The notes below the pieces were generated by a model. That model did no database searches and was not told the DNA's origin. It worked only from the letters and a program-made list of their open reading frames with translations. DNA of 64,000 nt from an uncultured Bacteroidales bacterium (GTDB lineage: Bacteria; Bacteroidota; Bacteroidia; Bacteroidales; CAIXZF01): NCBI GenBank assembly GCA_964608665.1, contig CAZSQJ010000008.1, positions 12,935 through 76,934 on the forward strand, read 5' to 3'. Made by a program: the position numbers and the translations under genes. How positions within the stretch are numbered: the first letter of the stretch is position 1; the number at the start of each line of letters is the position of its first letter. Of this stretch, positions 52,746 through 61,900 are shown in pieces.

Positions 52746-55700
52746 TCAGAGCATCCCGGAGATCAATGCATAGAGTTCACTCTTTTTAAAAGGTTTCGAG
52801 AGGTATGCATCGAAACCCATCGACAGGAACTGACCTTCATCCCCCTTCATGGCGTATGCGGTAAGCGCAGCTACAGGCAGACCGGAAAGGCCGGGCTGTT
52901 TACGGATGAGCCTTAAAACCTCAATGCCGTCCAAGCCTGTTTCCAGGTGAATATCAAGCAATACAATGTCATAATGGGTTTCACCCAGCTTTTGCAGGGC
53001 TTCCTGCCCGCTGGAAGCAACATCCATGGTTACTGTATCTCTCAGATAAGACACCATGAGCGATTGGTTGATGACATCATCCTCTACCAGTAAGACCCTG
53101 ATAGTCCGACCCTTTATGGAGGAAACCCGCAAGATATCCGGCAATACCCCGGCCTGCGCTTCTTGCTGTTGCATCTCTGCGCCGGTACCTGTCACGGGAA
53201 ATCGTACGATGAATTCCGTACCCTGTCCCAGGCTGCTTTTCACGCTGATGCTTCCGTTCATTTTTTCCACAAAACGTTTGGTAATGGAAAGACCCAGACC
53301 GCTTCCCTCGAAATGTCTGGAATAGCCCTCGCTTACCTGACGGAATTCATCAAAGATCGTTTCATGAAACTCTTCGGGGATGCCGATCCCGGTGTCCCGG
53401 ACGCAGCAAACCACGCAATTCCCGTAAGGCCCTTCCTCCAGATCGACCGATACTGTGATCCCGCCGGACACGGTATATTTCAATGCATTGTTTACAAGGT
53501 TGTGAAACACACTGCTGAGCATACGTTCATTCGATTGCATATATATATGCTCATGCGGAGTGTCAAAAGAAAGATACAGCTGCTTTTTTGCGGCACCCGG
53601 CATATAAGATTTGACCACGGACTCCGCCAGTGCAACCAGGTCAACACTGTTGACGGAGATTTCAACTTGTTCTGCTTCGAGTTTCGAGAGGTCGAGGATC
53701 AGGTTCAGGGTGTCCATCAGCCTGTTGCCGCTTTCCAGAATGTAGGAAGCCATTTTCGCATGTTCCTGGTCGAGCAGGCTTTCGTTCAGCAATTCCGCAT
53801 ACCCGAGGATCCCCGTCATTGGTGTCCTCAACTCATGACTCATATTGGCCAGAAAAGAAGTCTTGAGCCTTTCGCTTTCCTCGGCCTTTTCTTTGGCATC
53901 AAGCAACTGTCTCATGATAAGCTTCTTCTCCGAGATATCTTCCTTAAGCCCCAGGAAATGGGTGATCCTGCCCTGCTGGTTGAGGATAGGAGAAATAATA
54001 GCGTTTTCCCAGTATAATTCTCCGTCTTTTTTTCTGTTCTTCATTTCTCCCCTCCAGTCACCCCCGCCGGTAACAGTAGCCCAAAGGTTTTTGTAGAAGG
54101 CCGCATCATGAGCTCCTGATTTCAGAATTCGCGGATTCTGACCAATCACATCCTCAATGGAATATCCGGTGATTTCACAAAATTTCGGATTTACGTACTC
54201 TATGGTACCCATCGGATCAGTGATCACAATGCTAACGGGGCTTTGCTCAATTGCCTTGGACAGCATCAGCGCCTCTTCCTGACTTCTTTTCCTTTCAATG
54301 TAATTACTCAACTGATTAGCAACAATCTCAAGAATATCAACACTTTGCCTGTCGAAAGCCGCCGGATTGTCGTAACTCTGAACCACTACGGCACCGGTCA
54401 CCTTACCGCCGAAATTCAGGGGCACACCCAGCCAAACCTCTGCCCTGGCACCGATATATTCAATTTCACCGAGATCGGCAAGCATCTTGATTTCATCCTT
54501 CCTGATGAGCAGCGGGGCTTTTGTCTTGATTACCTTACCGGTAAGCGACTTCTCGGCAGTCCAGTAACCCGGAACGGCATCCTTTTCATCCTTTTCAAAC
54601 GGTGCGAATAACAAATTCCGTTTTTCATCATAAAAGGCCACAAAGAAATTGGTGGCATCGATCATCTTATTCAATTCGTGCTGTACGATACCAAAAAGTT
54701 CATTCACCAGGTCAACCGAAACCACCGCATTGGCAATATTATACTGAATCTGCTGGATCAATTCCGTTCTTTTCCGCTGTGTGGTATCCCTGCATACAGC
54801 GAATATCAGCAGGTTATCGCCAACGCGGGCCCCACTGGCCGAGACTTCCACATCAAACACAGTTCCGTCTTTCCTGCGATGCTTAGTTTCAAAGGTCTGG
54901 TGGACTGACACAATATCTGAAAACACCTCCCTGACTTCAGCTTCTCCCTGAACGGCATCGATCTCCCAGACAGACTTATGCCTGAGTTCACCGATTGGAT
55001 AGCCCAGCATGTCTGCAAATCTGAGATTGGCATCCACCAGCTGATACTCCTGATTGAAAATTGCAATCCCGTCATAAGAGGTGTCCATCAGAATTTTCCT
55101 TCGCATGGCCTCACTTTTCAATGCCCTTTCTGCATCCTTCCTTTCCCTGGCATTGCTGAGAATTTGTGCGAGTACATTTAAAAGATTCAATTCACTGTCA
55201 TCCCAGATACGGATGTCATGTACGGCATCAAAACCGACAAATCCCACACAATGGCCTTTCACAAACAATGGAAGTGTAATCAGGGTCTGGATATCCTGGG
55301 ACTCAAGGATGCTCCTGAGTTCGTTCCCCTTTGGAAGATCAGCCACCCTCGGAATATGAATGAGTTTCCCCGCCAGGTGTGTTTCCACCCATTCCGGGAT
55401 GGCATCATTGGGAACAGCCTGCAAATTGTCAATCTCCGGTCTGGTGCCGGGAGAACACCACTCATGGGTATTGGTCATGATCCCGTTATTGAAATCATAG
55501 GTGAACAGATAGGCCCTGTCGACCCTGATAAACTCACCCACCATTGCCAGGGTTCTGGTGATTTGCTCATCCAGCTGGTCGACTGGCATATTGACAAATT
55601 CCGTAGCCAGAACCAACAATAACTTTTGCAATTCCAGGCTACGTTCCAGCTTTTGTTCCACCTCTTTTCTCCTGCTGATGTCGGTATGCTGAATGATGAC

Positions 55701-57362
55701 ATGGCTGAGGCTGTTGTTTTCATCGAAAATCGGATATGCCCAGTTATCATACCACACTTTCTTCTTTTCCTTCACATCCACATGCTGGGAGGGAGATTCA
55801 GAAGCATTCCCGATATCGAACAACACCTGCCATTCAGCAGATTTCCCTTCCCGGAATACCTTTTTAAGGACCTTGTCAATCCCTTTGTCGATAATCTCCT
55901 GGTCCTTGAATATATTATAGACCTTACCCTCAATATCCGCTGAATCGACTCCGAAAATGTGGCTGAGTTTGCTGTTGATCCTTTCGCACCAGCCGTCCTT
56001 ATCCAGAATCTGAGTACTGACAGAGGACTGCAGAAACATCTGTTCAAAGAAATTCTTCTGTTCCCTCAGTTCCTCTTCAAATTGTTGCTGCAGTGTGATA
56101 TCCCGCACTGTTGTCAGTAACATCGGAGTACTTTCATATTGTACCAGGTCAACATTGATCAGTGCATTGAATACTACACCGTCTTTACGATGAAGTCTGA
56201 CATGCCAGTCGCGCACGTACCCTGTCTGCTTCAATTGCTGAATGAGGTATTTCCTGTCACCTGCATCCTGGTACATCGCACTAACATTCAAACCTTTTAA
56301 TTCTTCAAGGGAATAGCCCATCAGCTTCAGCATGGCAGGATTCGCTTCGTACATGTTTCCTGCCGGGTCGGCCAGTCCGACACCAACCGGAATCGTTTCG
56401 TACAACAGTCTGTATTTCTCCTCAGAAGTTTTCAGAGTATCTGCTGCCTTCTTTCTTTCGGTGATGTTCCTGACTGTGGTCTGTATGGCCGGCTTCCCGT
56501 CAAAGACAATAGGAATCCCGATCACATCGACATCGATGACACGACCCTGCATATCGAGAAACTTTTCCTCGGTAAATGGGGCAGGTTCAAGGGTTTCAAA
56601 AATTCTTGCAATCCTGTCCACAGCAAGCTTCCTGAAATCAGGGTGTACAAAATCCATCAGGGGTCTTTGTTGCATTTGTTCGAAAGAGTCAGCACCAACC
56701 ATCCGCACTGCGGCCTGATTGGCGAACAACAGCCTTCCTCCGGCATGCACGATGATGGCATCGGGAGAAAGATTCACCATCTGCCGGTATTTTTCTTCAC
56801 TCTCTGCCAGCCTGCTTTCACTTTCCTTTCTAGCATCATTTTCATTTTTCAGATCCTCCAGCAGGTTCAGCATGGCGAGGCGGTTATCCTCCAGTTCCCT
56901 GGTCCTGTTCTCCACTGATCCCGCAAATTCCTCGTTATCCAGGCGCGGTGCCCTGCGCCCAGCAGCATTGATCTTCAGCATCGACCTGAGGAGTGCCTGA
57001 AGCTCAGTTTCATCAAACGGAAAGGAGAGAAATGCATCAGCACCAGCCTCCAGGGCTTTCACCCTGCTGTGTTTGCCAGTATCATGCGAGGTAAGTACAA
57101 CCACAGGAATATGCCTTAGCGTCTGATCCGTCCTGATGACCTCAAGTATCCCGGAACAATCCGTGCCGTCCTTCGTACAGTCCATCATGATCAGATCCGG
57201 CACTTCTCCGCCCGTCGGGAAGATGACTGACGATTCGTCCGGGACAGCCATGATCACAGTTTCGGGAGAAGAAACACTGATGTGTGCTATCACTGTTTGC
57301 AAGTTGTCAGAGTCGTGTCCGATAACCAGTATTTTACCAGGGTCAACTTCCATGTTATTCAT
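52746..57362 (-). CDS. Giant cytoplasmic hybrid sensor histidine kinase. Domain order: N-terminal receiver, multiple PAS/PAC and GAF domains, HisKA, HATPase_c, C-terminal receiver.
   Basis: N-terminal REC-like region (KILVIGHD...LIMMDC...VVVLTSHD...AGADAFLSFPF). H-box MSHELRTPMTGILGYAELL. N/G boxes (NNALKYT, DTGIGIP, GSGLGLSI). C-terminal REC (VLLVEDDVINQ...DIVLLDIHL...LSKPF). The maximal ORF reaches 57557, but its first 65 aa are Cys-rich and unprotein-like, so I prefer the ATG at 57362. Confidence 0.85.
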   Translation of the reverse strand: MNNMEVDPGKILVIGHDSDNLQTVIAHISVSSPETVIMAVPDESSVIFPTGGEVPDLIMMDCTKDGTDCSGILEVIRTDQTLRHIPVVVLTSHDTGKHSRVKALEAGADAFLSFPFDETELQALLRSMLKINAAGRRAPRLDNEEFAGSVENRTRELEDNRLAMLNLLEDLKNENDARKESESRLAESEEKYRQMVNLSPDAIIVHAGGRLLFANQAAVRMVGADSFEQMQQRPLMDFVHPDFRKLAVDRIARIFETLEPAPFTEEKFLDMQGRVIDVDVIGIPIVFDGKPAIQTTVRNITERKKAADTLKTSEEKYRLLYETIPVGVGLADPAGNMYEANPAMLKLMGYSLEELKGLNVSAMYQDAGDRKYLIQQLKQTGYVRDWHVRLHRKDGVVFNALINVDLVQYESTPMLLTTVRDITLQQQFEEELREQKNFFEQMFLQSSVSTQILDKDGWCERINSKLSHIFGVDSADIEGKVYNIFKDQEIIDKGIDKVLKKVFREGKSAEWQVLFDIGNASESPSQHVDVKEKKKVWYDNWAYPIFDENNSLSHVIIQHTDISRRKEVEQKLERSLELQKLLLVLATEFVNMPVDQLDEQITRTLAMVGEFIRVDRAYLFTYDFNNGIMTNTHEWCSPGTRPEIDNLQAVPNDAIPEWVETHLAGKLIHIPRVADLPKGNELRSILESQDIQTLITLPLFVKGHCVGFVGFDAVHDIRIWDDSELNLLNVLAQILSNARERKDAERALKSEAMRRKILMDTSYDGIAIFNQEYQLVDANLRFADMLGYPIGELRHKSVWEIDAVQGEAEVREVFSDIVSVHQTFETKHRRKDGTVFDVEVSASGARVGDNLLIFAVCRDTTQRKRTELIQQIQYNIANAVVSVDLVNELFGIVQHELNKMIDATNFFVAFYDEKRNLLFAPFEKDEKDAVPGYWTAEKSLTGKVIKTKAPLLIRKDEIKMLADLGEIEYIGARAEVWLGVPLNFGGKVTGAVVVQSYDNPAAFDRQSVDILEIVANQLSNYIERKRSQEEALMLSKAIEQSPVSIVITDPMGTIEYVNPKFCEITGYSIEDVIGQNPRILKSGAHDAAFYKNLWATVTGGGDWRGEMKNRKKDGELYWENAIISPILNQQGRITHFLGLKEDISEKKLIMRQLLDAKEKAEESERLKTSFLANMSHELRTPMTGILGYAELLNESLLDQEHAKMASYILESGNRLMDTLNLILDLSKLEAEQVEISVNSVDLVALAESVVKSYMPGAAKKQLYLSFDTPHEHIYMQSNERMLSSVFHNLVNNALKYTVSGGITVSVDLEEGPYGNCVVCCVRDTGIGIPEEFHETIFDEFRQVSEGYSRHFEGSGLGLSITKRFVEKMNGSISVKSSLGQGTEFIVRFPVTGTGAEMQQQEAQAGVLPDILRVSSIKGRTIRVLLVEDDVINQSLMVSYLRDTVTMDVASSGQEALQKLGETHYDIVLLDIHLETGLDGIEVLRLIRKQPGLSGLPVAALTAYAMKGDEGQFLSMGFDAYLSKPFKKSELYALISGML

Positions 57363-57546
57363 AGTATCAAAGAAAGCATTCTGATTTGCGTAATTCCTTT
57401 TTTCCAGACAGCAAGCACTGCCAATGCCTTGATAATATTTGCCATACGGCATCCGTTGTATGAGTCCACAGCAGCAATCCTTCCTGTGCAAGGCCCGGAC
57501 TCTCTGTTCTCTGATGACCCTGTCACGGGCGCCACCGATACCGGAC

Positions 57547-58647
57547 TCATTCTGCAACAGGATATTTGGCGGGTTTGCCCGATTCCTTGCACAACATGTT
57601 CACTTCTTTCTTCAGTTCAATGATCCGGATCTCCCTTCCAACCGTCAACCGTTGAAAACGTTCCAGTTCTTCTATTTTCTGCATCAGAACCTCCGCATTC
57701 CTTTTTCGTTCGGTCACATCACGGAGATTCAGGATGATGCCATTGATGCCGGGCTGATTCACAAAATTCTGTCCGACAACCTCCATACTCCGGTAACTTC
57801 CGTCAGTATGCCGGAATAATATCTCAGACACTGAAACCGATTCAGGATGATTCAGCAGATCAGCAAGTCTTTCCATGACCCCCGGAAGATCATCCGGATG
57901 AACCAATTCCAGGGAACTGGTACCGAGCAGCTTTCCGGCATCGTAACCCATCAGGGAAGTGACTGCCGGACTGAGGTAGGTAATAATGCCATCCTTACTG
58001 GTCACGGCGATGATATCCGCGGAGTTCTGCACCAGCATCCGAAACCTGTTTTCCTGCTGAATCAACATCTGCACCGACTTTTTCCTTTCCCGCTGATCTG
58101 CAAGGACTTTGCCGATAAGCACGGTGATCATCGGATAGAACAGCAAAACAGTGACGGCCACCAGCTTCAGGGTTTCCCTGATATATGCGGTTGGCAACGA
58201 AAACATCAGGATGATCATCACCAGGTGTACGAACAGCCCCATCTTGTACAGGGTCTTCCAGGATATCCCCCGCTGCCTTTCCTTCCTGTCAACGAAAAAG
58301 TAGTACCCGATCAGAAAAGCCGTAAGGATGGTTGTAACACCCATGATGATGCCCGGCCCTCCCAGCCAGATCCTGTATGCGAGTACGATGACAACGGAAA
58401 TGATCCCGGCAACAGGTCCGAAAAACAGGGTACAAAGGCTGATGACAATGGTGCGCCCGTCGAAAATCAGTCCCTTCTGAAGTTCAAAAGGATAGAGCAT
58501 TCCAATAAAGGCGATCAACCCGAACAGCAAGCCCTGTAGCACTTTTCCGCGAAGCGAATCCCTGTCGAAGATATTGTCGATGAATCCCGACAACACACTC
58601 AGCGCCACAAGAGCGAAAAGGTTGTACATTAATTCGATGACTACCAT
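57547..58647 (-). CDS. Membrane sensor with a 5TM LytS/YhcK-type receptor domain plus one PAS domain and a coiled-coil tail, and no kinase or output domain
   Basis: 5TMR-LYT-like helices (FDGRTIVISLCTLFFGPVAGI). A PAS domain (FRMLVQNSADIIAVTSKDGIITYLSP...). The protein ends ...RIIELKKEVNMLCKESGKPAKYPVAE. I chose the ATG at 58647; the track TTG start is at 58662. Confidence 0.75.
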   Translation of the reverse strand: MVVIELMYNLFALVALSVLSGFIDNIFDRDSLRGKVLQGLLFGLIAFIGMLYPFELQKGLIFDGRTIVISLCTLFFGPVAGIISVVIVLAYRIWLGGPGIIMGVTTILTAFLIGYYFFVDRKERQRGISWKTLYKMGLFVHLVMIILMFSLPTAYIRETLKLVAVTVLLFYPMITVLIGKVLADQRERKKSVQMLIQQENRFRMLVQNSADIIAVTSKDGIITYLSPAVTSLMGYDAGKLLGTSSLELVHPDDLPGVMERLADLLNHPESVSVSEILFRHTDGSYRSMEVVGQNFVNQPGINGIILNLRDVTERKRNAEVLMQKIEELERFQRLTVGREIRIIELKKEVNMLCKESGKPAKYPVAE

Positions 58648-58970
58648 GGCAATTAATAACAAACAACAAACATAAAAAAAATTTTCAAACGAACCACTGG
58701 AAACATGTCATTAACCCCTTATTTGTTAAATGATTAAAGATGCGGTAAAAAACATGCCTCAGACAGCTCCGGCTAAATATCGGTAAAGTTAATATGTATT
58801 TGATTGTCTTCTGTCAGTTTCTTCCGGCGACGGACTCCCATATGCTTTATGGCAGACTGTGTTATTTTTTTGTTAAAGTACTCATTTTAAGACTCTTTAG
58901 ATAGACGTTGCGTGTTTCTATGGAAATATCATTTCAAAATGCCTGATGGCAATTAAAAGAGGGAGACAAT

Positions 58971-61900
58971 ATGTCAAAATTTTCCATTTCCTTTGTTATC
59001 TTTCTGATTACAGGCCTTTTACCGGCTTTCGGTCAGATTTCGGGAGACAGCACCGTATGCAGCGGTGAAACGGAACAGTATTCAGGTCCGGTGATTCCCG
59101 GTGCATCTTATTCATGGAATGTTGCGGGAGGGAACATCACAGGACCTTCGAACACAGGCATTGTCACAATCCAATGGCCAAATGCCGGAAGTGGCTCCAT
59201 CATGCTTACGGTTTACCTGCCCGATAACACGCAACAATTCTTTATTTTTCCTGTTGTGGTTCACCCTCTGCCCCAGCCCGTGATCACCCATCAGCCCTAC
59301 CCCGGCTGTCCGCCGGGCCACGGCAGGGATAACGGTGCCGGAAGCCCTGACCAGGGTGGCGGAAATGACTGTGATAAGGTGTGTAAGGGTGCCACCATCA
59401 CCTATTCGACCACGCTGAACCCGGGCAACACTTACCTGTGGACGGCGGGAGGCGCTTCTTCCCTCAGCGGGGCCAGTACGAATACAGTGACGGTAAGCTG
59501 GGACAACAGTCCGTTCGGATTTCTCACCGTGTACGAAACCAACCAGTGGGGTTGCGTGGATTCAGCCACCATCTGTATCGAAAAGGTCGATCTTCCGGTG
59601 GCTGCATTCACCCACCAACTGAACGTCTGTAAATTCTCCAGCGTGAACTTCACCAACCTGAGCACGGGAGCCACCTCCTTCCAATGGTATTTCGGTGACG
59701 GCGGCAACTCCACCCAGCAACATCCCACGCATGCTTACAGCAACAGCGGCTCCTACACCATCACCCTGATCGTGATGAACGACTGCTTTTGCGCCGACAC
59801 TTTCCAAAGTGTGATCCAGGTGGATTCTTTTCCGGGGCCGGAGATCAGTTGCCCTTCCACCGTCTGTGCCTTTGATACGGCAACCTATACAAGCGCAGCA
59901 GGCAATTGCACCCATAACTGGTTTGTGACCGGCGGCAGCATTACCGGACCATCCAACCAACCATCGGTGACGGTGGTCTGGGGTGCAGGTCAGACTGGTA
60001 TGCTTGGCCTGACCGTTACAGGCTGTGGCGGAACCTGCAGCGACACCACCTGGCTGATCATCCCCATCATACCTGCAAACGGAACCATCAGCGGGCCACC
60101 GAAGGTGTGCCCGGGAGAATGTGCCACATACTCCCTCCCGAAATTCAGCGGAGCCACATACAGCTGGAGTCTGAACAACGGCAGTTGCGGCACTATTCAG
60201 GACTCCAGTTGCTGCGAAGAGATCACCATCTGCTGGCCTGCAACCAGTTACTTCTGCACGGATACGCTGACTGTTACCTTCTGGGACCAGTTTCTCGGCT
60301 GTGGCGGAACGGCACAGATGATCATCCGCCTCAGGCCGGAACTCAGCATCTTCGGGCAAACAGAAGGATGCTCAAACGGTACCTCCAGCTTCTTTGCCTT
60401 TGGCAGCATCAACTGTATGTGGAATGTCAGTCCGGCCGGACCGGCCTATTCCCCGGGCCCGTCTCCATCTCTGAACGTAAACTGGCTGGGCCTGACCGGT
60501 AATTTCCAGGTCACTGCTTTTCCCGTCAACCCCAACCAGGTATGCAATGACTCAGCCACCGTACTGGTAAAGGTCATCGATCCTCCTGCAGCACCCGTCA
60601 TTACCGGCGACAGTGTTGTTTGTCCCGGCTCGGTGCACCAGTACTGTGCCACCGGGAACGGCATCATCCAATGGTTCGTTACCGGAGGCAACCCCTCAAA
60701 CGGAAGCGGCAACTGTATTACTGTCACCTGGGGAAACACCCCGCCTTTTTCGGTACAGGCAGTGGTCCAGATGCCTCAGTCGCCCTACTGTACATCAGAC
60801 CCAGCTATCCTTAACATCAACGTACCCCTGAATCCCCCGCCTCCCGCCTTCACCGGATCTGCCGTCGCATGCGCCAATGCTGTCAGTACGTATTCCACAC
60901 CCACGGCCTATCCGGCAGGGGCAAACTTCACCTGGTCGCTCAGTCCCTCCAATGCCGGTACCATCATTTCAGGCCAGGGCAGTGCTTCTATCCAGATTGA
61001 ATGGGGTAACAACGCGCCACAAACGGTCACGCTGAGTCTTACAGTGGATATCTGCGGCCAGACTGTCAGCAATACTTTATCCATACTGTTGACCCCCGCG
61101 CCCAATCCTTCTATCATACAACCTGGCAGTCTCTGCCCTGGTAATCCTGCCCAACTGAATGCGACCGGAGGAGTTTTCACGGCTTACCAGTGGAGCGGTC
61201 CCGGCGGTTTCACCTCCTCTTCCAACCCCGTCACCATTACCCAGGACGGACTTTACCAGGTCACAGTAACGGATGCAGGTGGTTGTACTGCACTGACCCA
61301 GCTCCTGGTTTCCTATACGGGTACACCTGTAGCGAGTATCAGTGCCCAGAACCCATTATCTTATTGTACGGGAGCAAGTTACAATGTGACACTTTGTGCC
61401 CTTGGCAATCCGAACTATACCTATGCCTGGTCAAATGCAGCCACTTCCCAGTGCATCACAGTGAGTAACCAGGGTAACTTCCAGGTAACGGTCACCGATG
61501 CTTCCAACGGATGCTTTGCCATATCCAATATGATTGCCGTTACTGAATCACCCTGTCAGCCGGATACAGGCACCTGTGTTCCTACTGGCAGCGTAAGCTT
61601 CACGTATTCAGGATGCAATCCCGTTTCATTCCTGAATACATCTGTCAATGCAGGCTCATTCTCATGGAATTTCGGAGATCTCTCCTCTTCAACCCAGACC
61701 AACCCGACCCATACCTATAATGCGGCAGGGTTCTTCCTTGTTTCGCTCTATGGCTATGTACCCGATGCTTCCGGCACCGATTCCTGCCTGCTGGTCGATA
61801 CCGCCCTGATCGAAATCCCACTGCTTCCCCGTTTCACTGCTGCGCCAGGCTGTTCGACAGACCCGGTATGTTTTACCGATAACAGCGTCTTCACGGCCGG

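Noticed and set aside
57363-57557. N-terminal 65-codon extension of the hybrid kinase ORF, which overlaps the upstream gene by 11 nt
   Set aside because: The translation (…HRKDCCCGLIQRMPYGKYYQGIGSACCLEKRNYANQ…) is Cys-rich and unlike any sensor N-terminus, whereas the receiver domain starts right after the ATG at 57362. I kept it only as an alternative start or as a possible trace of a former gene fusion.
59562-60359. 265-aa minus-strand ORF, and the similar 287-aa ORF at 62496..63359
   Set aside because: Both lie antisense to the uninterrupted plus-strand frame that starts at 58971. Their translations are Gly/Ala/Arg-rich, have no motifs and lack a plausible start context. They are shadow ORFs of a GC-rich coding region.
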